A program made the translations under genes and the position numbers. A stretch of DNA of 63,570 nucleotides, counting the filler, from Lenisia limosa (lineage: Eukaryota; Protista; Breviatea), in assembly GCA_001655205.1 (NCBI GenBank). It is 16 parts of 16 records of this genome, joined end to end, with 100 filler letters (N's around TTAATTAATTAA, not from the genome) between each part and the next. Parts side by side here need not be neighbours in the genome. Positions count along the whole stretch, not along the records: positions 9,734 to 11,593 come from LPNZ01005414.1; positions 11,694 to 15,306 come from LPNZ01002112.1; positions 15,407 to 23,634 come from LPNZ01011667.1; 13 more parts are not named here. One strand, given 5' to 3'. The notes under the pieces are model-generated. The model was not told the DNA's origin and did no database searches. It worked only from the letters and a program-made list of their open reading frames with translations. This document shows positions 11,549 to 23,195 of this stretch, one piece after another (position 1 is the first letter of the stretch; every line of letters starts with the position of its first letter).

Positions 11549-11903
11549 GTGGGGGGTCTTCTTTTTGACAACATAAAAATGTACAAATGTTTCNNNNNNN
11601 NNNNNNNNNNNNNNNNNNNNNNNNNNNNNNNNNNNNNTTAATTAATTAANNNNNNNNNNNNNNNNNNNNNNNNNNNNNNNNNNNNNNNNNNNNAAGAGAT
11701 ATTGGATTATAGTACTATGCTATTATTAATTCACACCAATCATTTGCCGTACAACTCTGTGCACACAGTTTTCTGCGTGCCTCCCCAGTATATATTAGAT
11801 AATATATGATATCATATATCACAGTAGTATTATATACTATGTACAACGTCACTGAGCTTATCTCTCACATTTCCTTTTCAAAAATCCCCTTCTTACCCCC
11901 CAG

Positions 11904-14900
11904 GTTTGTTATTCGCCGAATGGCTACGATTCTGAACAAGTACCTCCCCCCACAGACAAGCATGGTTCTCTTCATAAGGTGGGCTTGGAGTGAATAACTA
12001 TAACTTGGCTGCAAGGTGATTAATTCGGATTAAGATTATACATTAAATAGAATCTGGGGATAAAAAAGAATTATTTAGGGATGTAAAAGAATATAATATA
12101 GGGATATAGTTACATAATATACATCATATGTATAATGGCTATGTCTTTTCATCAGTAAACCTGTATTTCCGTCTTTTTTTTTTAGAGGAAAAGGTATGGG
12201 AAATAATATTTACGAATTGAAAACAAACATGGGGGCGCCATACACCTTTCAACTTCTCCTCACCCTGATCTCGAGAACAATATAATTATAAATATTAAAA
12301 ATTCCAGGGATACTACAAGGAAAGTATATAGAATAACCCTGCATTTAGACCCTCCCCCCTCCAACTTCGCCTCTACAAAGCCCTCACTGGCACGAAGCAT
12401 ATTTCCTCGGCAATCAGCGGTTTGAGGGGGGGTATCACTACTTTGTTGCGTGGGTGGGCTAGTTGTGTCAAATATCTCCTTTGCATATCACTCATGATAT
12501 GGGATATCTCATTTGCATATCACTGATAGTTTTACCCAAAAGAGGTGGAGGGGGGGGGGAGTAAAACGAAGGAAATTTGGCAAAGTAACATAATTTTGAT
12601 ATATGATATCTATTATACACCCTGACTTAGTGATAATTAGTAACAATAGTACTCATCTCCATGTACCCCACCCCATGGTTTTGACCACAATAGCCGGCCA
12701 GATGACAAGCAGAGCGCTGGAGATGATTATGGTTCTGAGAAAGGTTGGGAGGGTTGTGTATCACAGTAGTATAGCTTCCAACACTGTCAACTATCATTCG
12801 TATCACCCCTGACACTATAGCTCTGTGCCTCCCCCTCCCTCAGCTACCCCCCTGCAGAGAAGCCAGACTCGCTAGGGCTGCAAGCACTCTATCCTGAGGG
12901 CTATGGTGGGCGCAATATCCAGATTCAATGATATTTACTCCCTTTCGGGCACTTCAATTAAATATGAATTTCAGGCATGATATACAACATATAGTATATC
13001 ATATATATATATCGATATAGTATATTATATGATGTATACCTATGATATGATGGTATGGGATCCCTTTGTATTTTTCTTTTACACCCAAGATATAAAGGGT
13101 AAAATCAAAACGAAAACTTGTCTTGTTTTGCAATCAACTATGAGCAGACATTTCTCCCTCTAACATATAGATCCGAAAACAGCCGACTACACAGAATCCG
13201 CCAAGCTTGTCGCCCTCGAGGGCCTCTTACAGCAAATCCATGAAAAGGGGGAGAAGGTGGGGGTACAAGCCAAGCAGTGTCTGACCGCTGTACAGATACG
13301 GATCAACATCTTTTTCTTTAGACAGTTGTCAGGACTTATTGTACATTGTGTATATCCAATCAAAACACTGATCAGTAACTCCAAGGACTAATTAAATATC
13401 CAAGCAAAACACTCATTAGTGTAGGTGGTTGTTGCCTCGAACTTTACCTCAGCCCTCAACTTGATTGAGCCCATATGCAAGCAGAACGACTTTGAATACT
13501 CAAGGTTGGGAGGGTATATGGAATAATCCAGGTTGTGCTATTATGGCATATCAGATTCTATATGTAATAATATGATATAATATATAAAAGCACCTGATAT
13601 GACGCAGAAAAGTCGACTTTATACACTCTATCCTATTATAACGGCTTGATGTAGAATTATACGAATTTACTATAACGGCTTTAGATTGGACGGTTCGCTC
13701 GCAAAGGACAGACGCCAGGAGCTTGTTGACGCTTTTAACAGGTATGCTCAGGGTATTGAACGAATACGACAACATGAACGCATGGTCAACAACCCATATA
13801 CTATTATGTATCCTTCCCATCCAGCCTAACACTGTTTAGGCCCGGCTCCCCAGTCACTGTCTTCATGCTCAGTTGTAAAGCGGTGGGACAGGGGAGGTGG
13901 TAGAGAGTTGTAAAGTGGGGCCAGGAGAGCTGTAACAGGGATGTTGTTGTGGTAATGGTGTTGTTTGTAGTGGTGATGTGTTGTAAAATGGTGTCCCTAT
14001 CATCTCCCTCCACACAACAGAATTGATTTTGGGGTTTTATTATTGTTTCATACCCACATACGTCTCTCAAATGCTGAGCCAACATTCATTATTATTTTTT
14101 CCCGTTTTACCACCCTTTACACCCATCTTCTTCATGGATGTTCCCTTCGTTAAACTCCCGTAACCCCGTGTTCTGGGAATCTGGGTGGCTCAGGGGGGGG
14201 GGGTGAATAAAACAAAGCAAATTTCGATGATGAATTTTGATGTTACTCTAACCTTCACCCTAGGGCGGCACGGGGCTGAACCTCATTGGGGCCAACAACC
14301 TCATTCTCTTCGACGGCGATTGGAATCCGAGTGAGGGGAGGGAGATGAGAAATAAAACAAGATTGTATCTGGCCGAAGCCGGTCACACCATCACGTTTAC
14401 AAGAGATATTGAATAAAGTATAATATTAATTCACCCAATCACTTGATGTTCTGTGTGAGCATCTTTTTGCGGGATGAGTATGGCTGGCTCGGCTTGTTTT
14501 TGTTTTTGTATTTTTGTCATCTGNNNNNNNNNNNNNNNNNNNNNNNNNNNNNNNNNNNNNNNNNNNNNNNNNNNNNNNNNNNNNNNNNNNNNNNNGTGTT
14601 TTGTTATTGCTTGTTTTTTTGTTTGTTTGAGTTTCAGATTATTCGGTTCGTGATTAGTACCTTTACGCCACTATTCTTCATCGAAATTTCCTTCGTTTTA
14701 CTCCCTCATTGCCGCAGGTACCGACAAGCAGGTACTTGCTCGAATCCATCGAGACGGTCAAAAGAAGGAGTGTTTCATCTACAGGTATGCAATAATAGCG
14801 TACACAGGTTCCAACACTGACTTGATCCTCGATAAACCCTCGATAAGCTATAAACAGACAAGTCCGCTTTTCCCATATAACACAACAGACTGGTGAGCAC

Positions 14901-14972
14901 GGGTTCCATTGAGGAGAAGATCTTCCAACGGCAAATCAAGAAGGACAAACTTAGTGACGCTATCAACAAATC
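11904..14972 (+). CDS. RAD54: RAD54/RAD54B-like SNF2-family helicase, C-terminal half
   Basis: About 11 exons give [139 protein letters not shown] (helicase motifs IV-VI in Rad54 style). RAD54 versus RAD54B cannot be separated here. Confidence 0.88.
14365..14450 (+). repeat. dispersed intronic repeat family B (~130 bp, no TIR seen)
   Basis: Consensus GTATCTGGCCGAAGCCGTCCACACCATCACGCTTATAAGAGATATTGGATTATA...TTAATTCACCCAATCATTTGCC.TACAACTCTGTG. Plus-strand copies at ~165, 5310, 11694, 14365, 43350, 44010, 50090 and 52465. Confidence 0.75.
14635..14718 (+). repeat. intron 3'-end module H
   Basis: TTCAGATTATTCGGTTCGTGATTAGTACCTTTACGCC.ATATTCT...GAAATTTCC.TCGTTTTACYCC...AG. Copies end at acceptors 9110, 14718 and ~23097; another lies at ~59975-60040. 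Confidence 0.65.
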
Positions 14973-15247
14973 GTGGGGTGGGAGGTGATGCATATCAAAA
15001 ATAACATACCTGGAGAGGGGTATCTCAATATTCTATCTATTAAAAAAAGACTCAGATCTCTGATCAAATCGGGTCATTTTTGCTGATTTATTGGGGTGAT
15101 GATATAATTGGGTCGTCTCTACATGATGAAGGGGTGTACCAGGGGTATAGCCGTGAATTAAATGTATCTATAAAAATAACATTCATAAGAAATTTCGATA
15201 TTTCGGAAAAAACTTGCATGGGAAATGAAATAGGTAGTTTATCTTAC

Positions 15248-15306
15248 GGCTACGGTCATACTCTGGGGGTCATCGCGCATCCCGTCCGCTCTGCGAACGC
15301 AAGCCC
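15248..15306 (+). rRNA. 5S rRNA, 5' half (cut by gap)
   Basis: GGCTACGGTCATACTCTGGGGGTCATCGCGCATCCCGTCCGCTCTGCGAACGCAAGCCC matches the eukaryotic 5S pattern NNNTACGGYCATAC...ATCCCGTCCG.TC.GCGAA...AAGC. The terminal CCC can pair with the GGGGG stretch (helix II). Confidence 0.8.
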
Positions 15307-15405
15307 NNNNNNNNNNNNNNNNNNNNNNNNNNNNNNNNNNNNNNNNNNNNTTAATTAATTAANNNNNNNNNNNNNNNNNNNNNNNNNNNNNNNNNNNNNN
15401 NNNNN

Positions 15406-18291
15406 NGACGAACTGACCCTGTTCTACACCTCTGCGTCTGGAACTGTTAAAAACTGGAAACAAACTCAGGTGGGAAAGGGGGGGGGGGTTAAATGTACAG
15501 TGACCGGTATAAGTCTTGACCTATTTTCCTTGGGAAATCATAGCAAATCGGTCAAGACTTATCCTGGTCACAGTATGTGTTTTCAACCTTTTTTTTATTA
15601 TTATTTCTCATCACTCTCTATACAGTGACTGGGATAAGTCTTGACTGATTTGCTCCCAAGGAGAATCGGTCAAGACTATCCCAGAGATGGTGAAGGAAAT
15701 GGTGAGAGAGNNNNNNNNNNNNNNNNNNNNNNNNNNNNNNNNNNNNNNNNNNNATATTACAATAGAGAGGGAGAGAGAGAGGGAGATGGTGAGAGAGATA
15801 GGTTATTTATTATTGATGGAGTGATTGGATGGGGTTAGTGTTGGGCATGGTGAAGGAATGTTGGAGTTGAGGGCGGACTTTTTGATCAATATGAAGGGGT
15901 GGTGGTGAAGCTCTGTAATTATTTCCCTCCGATATCTGGGAGACGGTGATTGGCACGTTGATTGTTTATTATTACAGTACTCCGTAACCCGAACCAACTC
16001 CACGTCCGAAACATTCGATCTTAAGAAGGCAATTGAACTTGACCAGCCAGCAAAGTTAGAACCAGTCTTGTATCTTTGAGCTTCACTTTTAGTTCCAAAA
16101 AGACTGATAAATATCGATATTTATCGAGGATTTATCGAAAATTTAGTGTTTTTGGAACTGAAAGTGAAGCTCTTGTATCCATCCCCTGCCCACGTCTGGT
16201 CTTTGTTTCGTTGTTTTCATCCCTCATGCGTGTTGTAAATGTTGAGCCAACATAGTTGATTTTGAGTGTTTTGTTTTTTGTTTCAGAAATCTTCTAACCC
16301 CCACCCTCCCCATCTTCCGCGAGCTTCACTCCTGTCCAAAAACACCAATAAACTATCGATATTTTTTCGATCCGACCAAATATATTTATGTAATTTGATA
16401 TTCCTTGCAATTTTCTCTTTAAGGTTAAATATTTATCCAACAGGAATTTGACAGGATTTCTTTTCGTTTTGTTTTGTATTAAATAAATGAGTTAACTTCA
16501 TAGGGAATGGAGAGACCCAGTTGTATGGTACGACCCAGCAAGGAGCAAGTATTTCATGACTCTAGGTACGCCAAAACTATACTGTAACTATTTGGCTCGC
16601 GTCTTATCCTTTTGTTTGATCGCTATTATTATTGTTATTTATTCTTTAGTTACTCTTGTTGTGCATATTTAATCCAATAATTATATTTTTGTACTATCAA
16701 TCACGACCTCTTCTTGCCATTACTACTATTATATTCAGACATCTTTGTCATACCAAATAGTAACATTTCATAGGTGGTGACCAACCATCCACAAGCCTTG
16801 GTCAAGTATTTTTGTACAGGTTTGAAACACATGCTTCTCTTATAAACATGATTCTGGTCCAGACGGCCTCGGCCATATATTTATTTTATTCTTTTAAATT
16901 TTACTCTCACAGTAGCCCAAGTGCTGCCCCGGATTCCTGGGTGCCTGAAGACCCACTTTATGCAGCTAAAACGAGAGTTTTATTTAGCTTGGATTTCGAC
17001 ACCATTTGGGAATGTCCGGATTTCGTTAGCTTTGGCTCCGGTGCTCGAGACAAGTATCTATGTGGGAATGAGTTGCTTTGTTTTTGTTTTTAATGCAAAT
17101 CATATCTACATATAGTATATTGGGTATCACTTCATTCTTTATCTCAAAACGTACAACTGCTTTTTTTTTTTGTTCCAATTCTACCATGTCTTGTTTTTTA
17201 CAATATATCTCAATTTTTGTGTTTTTAAGAATAGTTTATTTTCCTAAACCATCCCGTATAGTCTTCTAACCTATTACAGTTATGTCGGTTGAAACAAGCG
17301 GGAAGCCCCACCAAGTCATGGCCCTGATTGGAGGTGCGATTATGATACGGTCATTAGATCTTCACTTTCGGTTCCAGAAGATCTGCCATATTAATAATTA
17401 TCAAGGTTTTATCGAAAATTCCGTCTTTTTAAGTGAAACTCTCTACATTATCAAAACTTGAGTACCTTCATGAGGATATATAATATCATCTCTTTTGAAG
17501 AAATGCTCATTAACTTGGATCTAGCTTTGACCCTCATCGTCCCTCAACTTATTATCTACTTAATACCAACCCGAAATCCTTAACGTATACAGATATGAAG
17601 ACCAATACAACTAGCCCTGTATTTGAGCCGACATCAGGTCTTATTGTGGACCATGGTTCCCTCTACGCCTTCAAAACCTTCCCCACTGCCTCTGGGTAAA
17701 CTGGGGAGAATATTTTCCTTTTTTTATTTGCCATAATTAGAGCAAACCTCCCTTTTTTTAAAAAAAAAGTGAACTGTCTGCAATTTGCTTTGGCTGTTGT
17801 GTTTTATATATATTTTCTCTTCTTACCCTCCCCCCCAGATACCAAGGTCCCCACATTGCAATTGGGTGGATTCGTGAAACTTGCAGTTCAGGCTTTATGA
17901 TGTACAAGGGCTTCAGCGGACAGCTGTCTTTCCCGCGTCTCCTCTCTACCACAGATAGCGGGGTCCTCGTTATGAAGTTCTTACCCCAAGCGGTTTGAGA
18001 AGCGGGTGCATTAATGAGATTCCTAAGGAGCTATTTATTTACTGGGGTCATCTTATGGTTACACTTATTAATTATATGATGAATATTACAGAATACCAGT
18101 CATTTACAGGAAGCATGCAGTTTATGAAAGTGATCTCATATGAATAGACTGACCCTCTGCAGTGTCATTCTGTTGTAGACCAACCATCCTCACTTACCGC
18201 AGATTGATGCGTTGACAGTGCACACATCCGTTATATCGGAGCCTTCCATATTACCCTCAAACGCTTCTTTCACTTTATCAGCAAGCTTAAA
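15406..18291 (+). CDS. glycoside hydrolase family 32 (beta-fructofuranosidase/levanase-like), partial
   Basis: Exons give ELTLFYTS (~15410), EWRDPVVWYDPARSKYFMTLG (RDP motif, 16505-16564), GQVFLYSSP, IWECPDFVSF (acid/base motif, 17007-17021), IVDHGSLYAFKTF, IAIGWIRE...GFSGQLSFPRLL and IDALTV (18201-18291). The NDPN nucleophile motif would lie upstream, beyond the gap. Confidence 0.88.
15498..15573. mobile_element. MITE family C (Tc1/mariner-like ends), ~75 bp
   Basis: ta-CAGTGACCGGTATAAGTCTTGACC...GGTCAAGACTTATCCTGGTCACAG-ta. Related copies at 19622-19663, 31624-31697, 40193-40268 and ~43560-43625, plus a half copy at ~15624. Confidence 0.75.
16078..16172. mobile_element. MITE family A copy in a GH32 intron
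   Basis: GAGCTTCACTTTTAGTTCCAAAAA...TTTTTGGAACTGAAAGTGAAGCTC, a near-perfect inverted repeat. Confidence 0.8.
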
Positions 18292-19849
18292 AGTAAGTTC
18301 TTGGATTTCTTTTGTCGTTGCATTTTTATATAGTGTTTTCTTTTGTGAATTTCTTTTCATTTTTTTTTTGATTGCAGCATTAATGATGTCCTGTCAATGT
18401 TGCATTGTGTCATACTAAAAAAAAACAATTGGAAGCTAATAGCAGTCGAAAGTATTAACAAACGTGACCATATTAAGTTTTGGTGCCACTCCAGAGTACG
18501 GCGTTGAGGGCGAGAAGATGATGGACAGCCTTGGGGGTCCTGGATAAGACTCTGATTGTACAGCCTTGTTTCAGCGTTCAAGGTTTCAGTTGAGATTTTG
18601 AGAGCGAATTGATGAGGATATCAATTTTTTTTGAATTTATACTCTTCAAAAAACTTCCTCTAATCATCACTTTTTTCACTCCTACTTCTAACTCAAAAAA
18701 GAAATGCGCCGCTACTACTTGCTACCATGAAAATGGTTCACAGGCGGTTCAGTCGGGGGTTTGGTGTCCGTGGGGGTCTGTACGATACGACAAGTAGAAA
18801 TTGTGATTGGCCTCGTGAACTTAATGCATCGTCAATTCCTAAATATCTGCTCCTGTGATATGACATCGGAGGTCTTTCGGGGCAATCGCCTCGGATGCTT
18901 CCACAACTTTCGCTGCCGATGCACTGTTCGCCAAATGCAGGGAAAGTTGCTCCGACTTTTTGCACGACTTCTCTTGGTTGACCTTATCGGCACGATGGGA
19001 GCTCTCGAATTTGGCCTGCGATCCTTCTGAAGGACACCCTTGGTGTGTCACATGGAGCAAGTGGACAAGGTGATGGACTTTCTCAAGTCAGGCTGGTTTA
19101 ATAAAATGAAGGGATGTGGGTTCATACATACAATTTTGGATAGTAAATTCTCAGCCGCCGCTTGGACTTGTCGCAGCTTATTCCTCCTTATCCTTTCATT
19201 GAATAATCAGGGGCCGAGTGTAGAAACAGCAAAAACTTGTTTTGCTTGAGTACACGTTACAAAACACACAGTAACACATACCTATGAGGCTTAAAACACG
19301 TAAAAACCTGTGGTGAACTCTTTTAGCCTCTAACAAACACGAAGACAAAATTAACGAGTGGGATTCTGTGTTTACGTTTTATTTATTCTCGTTCGATATT
19401 TGTCACGTGGTGCCTATACACGCTCTTTATCTCAGTAATTGACTACTTCCTCAGCTTTTTTTTTTCTGAACACAATCTGGTTTTATTTTACGATTTTTCT
19501 AGATCCTCTCTTTTCTGTATTTTAACACTGCTTTCAAATTCATTATCTGCTTGATGGTTTGTGCCACTTCGGCCAGATTATTTGTTGCTTCTTTTCATTT
19601 TTACATATCATATCAATATGTACTGACCGTGATAAGTCCTGACAGGACTTTTCGCGGTCAGTGTATTATAGTGTTATAAAATTGTTCTAATTTTCTTAGA
19701 GTGGCCATTCGATGGTGTTGTCCCTGTTTAAGTAGGCAGTGATGTTATTATCAATGAAACGCAAGGTTTTTCACACAAAATGTCTGTGGAACAACCATGC
19801 CACAGTATATTTTTTTCATAATAACGTTTCCTCTTCTTTTAACTCTTAA

Positions 19850-21162
19850 GTGCCGAGCACTACTACACAGATATCTCCATATCCTATGTCGGGGACTTTG
19901 TTCAAGTTTGTGGGAGTACAATGTTCACTCAAATCTTGACAGATAACATCCAAGACTATTGGTGTTTTTTTTCTAATTGTTAATCTTCACGGTTGGGTTG
20001 AATGATCAATAAAGTATGGCATTTTCTCGTTTTAGAGCAAGAATTTTCTTCAAGCCAATTTTGGCTATCCCAGAAGCAAATTACCATGCCGCTGCGCTGC
20101 GATATGCCTCACGGTTTTAGGTACTTATTGACGGGAGGCACTCGTCAGTAATCATGTCCCAGGCCCCTCGTGACATTATGGAGTATAATCATCGCATTAT
20201 AGTGGGCTGGAATCTTCTAAAGAAAGTTAAAAATAATATGATAACGCTTTCATGTCTTTTCTGAAATGAAGTAGAGCCCTAATGACTGTTTATTTCTCCT
20301 GATTTATTTAGGGAGACTTGGAAGTGGAAATCATGATTGATGGCAACATTTTGGAGGTGGGCAAAAATGATACTTTGAGTGTTTTATAAAGCCTTTTTGA
20401 TCCATATTCTGGAATTTTACGTTTTGATCAATTGTTGTTTAGTCTATCACTTGTCAAAAAGGTGTTATCATGTGATCTTTTATGAATACACTAATTATTT
20501 TTGCGCTCTCGCAGACGTTAAAACAAACTTTCATGAAGCCACTTTAGATAGCCGATTTTGTTACCTTTCTAACCCTCTTCAGATGCTCATTGGACCTCAG
20601 AGTGTCAGTTTCCCCGTGTATATCCCAGGTGAGAAGAGTGTTTCTTTATTGACTTAAAGCTTCACTCCTTTTCGATACAAAGACCGGTGAAATATCGATA
20701 TTTAGGAAGACTTAGAAATACGTACACTTTGCTTCTTTGCTGTGCTGTTTTTAACAATAAAAAATGGCACCCCCCTCCTTCTTATTAAAATCTATATTAA
20801 AGGGGGGGGGGGGNNNNNNNNNNNNNNNNNNNNNNNNNNNNNNNNNNNNNNNNNNNNNNNNNNNNNNNNTCTTATTTAGACAACTTTCTTCCCAACATAC
20901 ACCAACTTGATATTCAACTTGAGCCTCCTGAGCGAAGTGTTAAGCCAACATATTTGATGAATTGTTGTTTTTTTGTTGTTTTTTTGTTTTGTTTTGTTGT
21001 ATTGTTTTGTTTTATTTTATTTTGTTTTGTGTAACAAATTGATTTTTTATTATTATTATTATTATTATTTTTTACTCCCCAGATCGAACAGTGCAGCACA
21101 AGGTTGTTCATCTGCCAAACAATGTCACTCTCAGAGAGCTCAAACCAATTGAATTCGTGTGA
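19850..21162 (+). CDS. probable C-terminal beta-sandwich exons of the GH32 gene (or a separate hypothetical gene)
   Basis: Exons AEHYYTDISISYVGDFVQ, GDLEVEIMIDGNILE (resembles the GH32 L.I.VD.S.VEVF motif), ...IGPQSVSFPVYIPG and DRTVQHKVVHLPNNVTLRELKPIEFV* (TGA 21160-21162). Same scaffold piece and strand as the GH32 core. The linking exons are unresolved. Confidence 0.4.
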
Positions 21163-21819
21163 ATGACTCCTTTTGGTCATACTCCTGATTTTTCTACTTC
21201 TAAAGTTTTCTTATTGTTGTACATGTGTTTTTCTTTTGTTTTTCTCAATTCTTGCCAATGTGTTATCTTTTTTTTAGTATTACTGTATTCTAAATGTAAT
21301 TCGAACTCAATATCTCCACAATCCTTTTCAATATATGATATTTGTATATGTGTATGATTTCAGGATTTCAGTGATTAGATGAATGTCACTCGAAGGTGGC
21401 AAGCAAGGTGGATAACAAATAAACCAAAATAACTGAGCCGGAGCTTTCAATCAAAATATCGTTGAAATTACGAAATTTCTTGCCGTTTCAACTGTTTTGT
21501 TTTTGTAGGTTGTGTTCGTTGATTGAGAATTCTCCCAAAACGCAACAGTCTCCCCCAACTAATGCTGTTACATCCCTGGTGCCCCAGGTTAAATTTTTAA
21601 GTTGATATGCGGCGTGTATATTCTCGGAAAATTAGTCCCTTCCTTATTTCATGAGACCCGGGGCGCCCCGGGAAATGCAAGAAATGGCAATCAAAACAAT
21701 AAATGAAATTGACATAAGAAGTAAATGTGAAGTAAATAAGTAAATAAATAAGAAAAACAACAACAATGAATAGATTCCATGTTCCACACTTATTCGTTTT
21801 TTGCCTCATCTCTTTCTCC

Positions 21820-23195
21820 TAGTAAGCCTCCGCCTTATCAAACCTGCTTATTAACGACATATTATAGTGCTTTGACGCAAGTGGACAGCAAAGGACATCT
21901 TCATTCAGAGTCTTCCCTTCCCTTCGGATCCCTTGGAGATGACGAGGTTTGGACATTTCATTATATTACTCTTCTTCTCTCCGCATTTTACTATCCCAAA
22001 TTAACTTAGTTTTATAGTTTATCAATGGTTTACATTTTAGGTAGCAAATGGAGGGCATCTTCGCGAGGCGGTTGCTGGTCTTGGAACCGATGTGGGTCTT
22101 GGGTTATATATATAAACAAGTTTATCAAAGCGACATTGTCATATTAAGAATTATAAAGCAGAGTGTTTATTTTGCATCTCATTTATTTTTATTTTGCAAT
22201 CATGTGGGTCAAGGGTTATATTTAATAACAAGTTTATTTACCACCTCTTGTGGCTGAGGCATGGACTGACAACCATGGCTGAGGAATGTCTGCACATTTC
22301 TACACTCATGTAAATCTTAAAATTTCCCCTCTTTCCCCCCCCCCCCCCAATTTTTTTTTNNNNNNNNNNNNNNNNNNNNNNNNNNNNNNNNNNNNNNNNN
22401 NNTTGTAATTTAGGTTCCCAATCATACGTAGAATTTCGGTCTACGGAACCTACATTACAACAAAAGCAAATAAAAATCTAAAAAAAATGGGGGGAGGGGG
22501 AAAGAGGGGAATTATAAGAAATTTCGGGGGGAGAGTATGCTCTTTTCCTCTGACACGTGTACTAAGTAATCATATCACTTTTTGGATCGTTTTCACACGT
22601 GTGAACTATCATTTTCCACGCAGTGATTATCCACTGGTATGATAATTGACCGACAAGTCTCAATGCACCTGGATAGTTTGGCAGTTGGGTTTTTGAAGTA
22701 AGAATTAAATATTCTGGGATCCATTTTTTCATATTCTGAATGTATGTTTTTGTTATGAGGTAAGCATGATGAACCTGATTTTAGCAATGCTGATAAAAGA
22801 TGATTAGAATTCCCTACTTGGGGGGATGAAATGAGATATGATTCAGTTTTATATCCTCTATTTTTCTTATTCATATCCCTTTCCCCCTCCTCCCATATTT
22901 TTACTGTCAGAAGGAAAAGGGACTACTGACCCCGGCATTGTTTTTTTTTACTATTTTTTCAACTCTCGTGAGTTACAAGCCAACAGAGACTATTTTGGGC
23001 GTTTATTTGTTTCAAAATTTTTCCCTTCTTACCCCCCATTAGTACATTTACGCCAATATTCTAGGCACAATTTCCAGTGTTTACCCCCCCCCCCATAGTA
23101 CTTCGGTGATGAGACCGAAACTGGTTCGTCACCTTATGCCCCCGCAAGCAGCTGTATGGAACTCAAGAGCCTGGGTTAGCGGACGACTCGGTGTA
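21820..23195 (+). CDS. hypothetical multi-exon gene, partial
   Basis: Putative exons KPPPYQTCLLTTYYSALTQVDSKGHLHSESSLPFGSLGDDE, VANGGHLREAVAGLGTD and HLLWLRHGLTTMAEECLHIS, with gt/ag ends. No family recognised. Confidence 0.3.

Noticed and set aside
13257-13685. Universal base pairing of 5' G-runs with 3' C-runs to juxtapose splice sites
   Set aside because: Several G-run introns (13257-13423, 13505-13685) have no C-run at the acceptor, so it is not a general rule.
18130-18600. Separate minus-strand gene suggested by a reverse gtaagt
   Set aside because: The same bases form a plus-strand CTTAC..cag acceptor and an exon (IDALTV...) that continues the GH32 frame.
21657-21672. Perfect 16-bp GC palindrome CCCGGGGCGCCCCGGG
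   Set aside because: Single occurrence with no supporting context.
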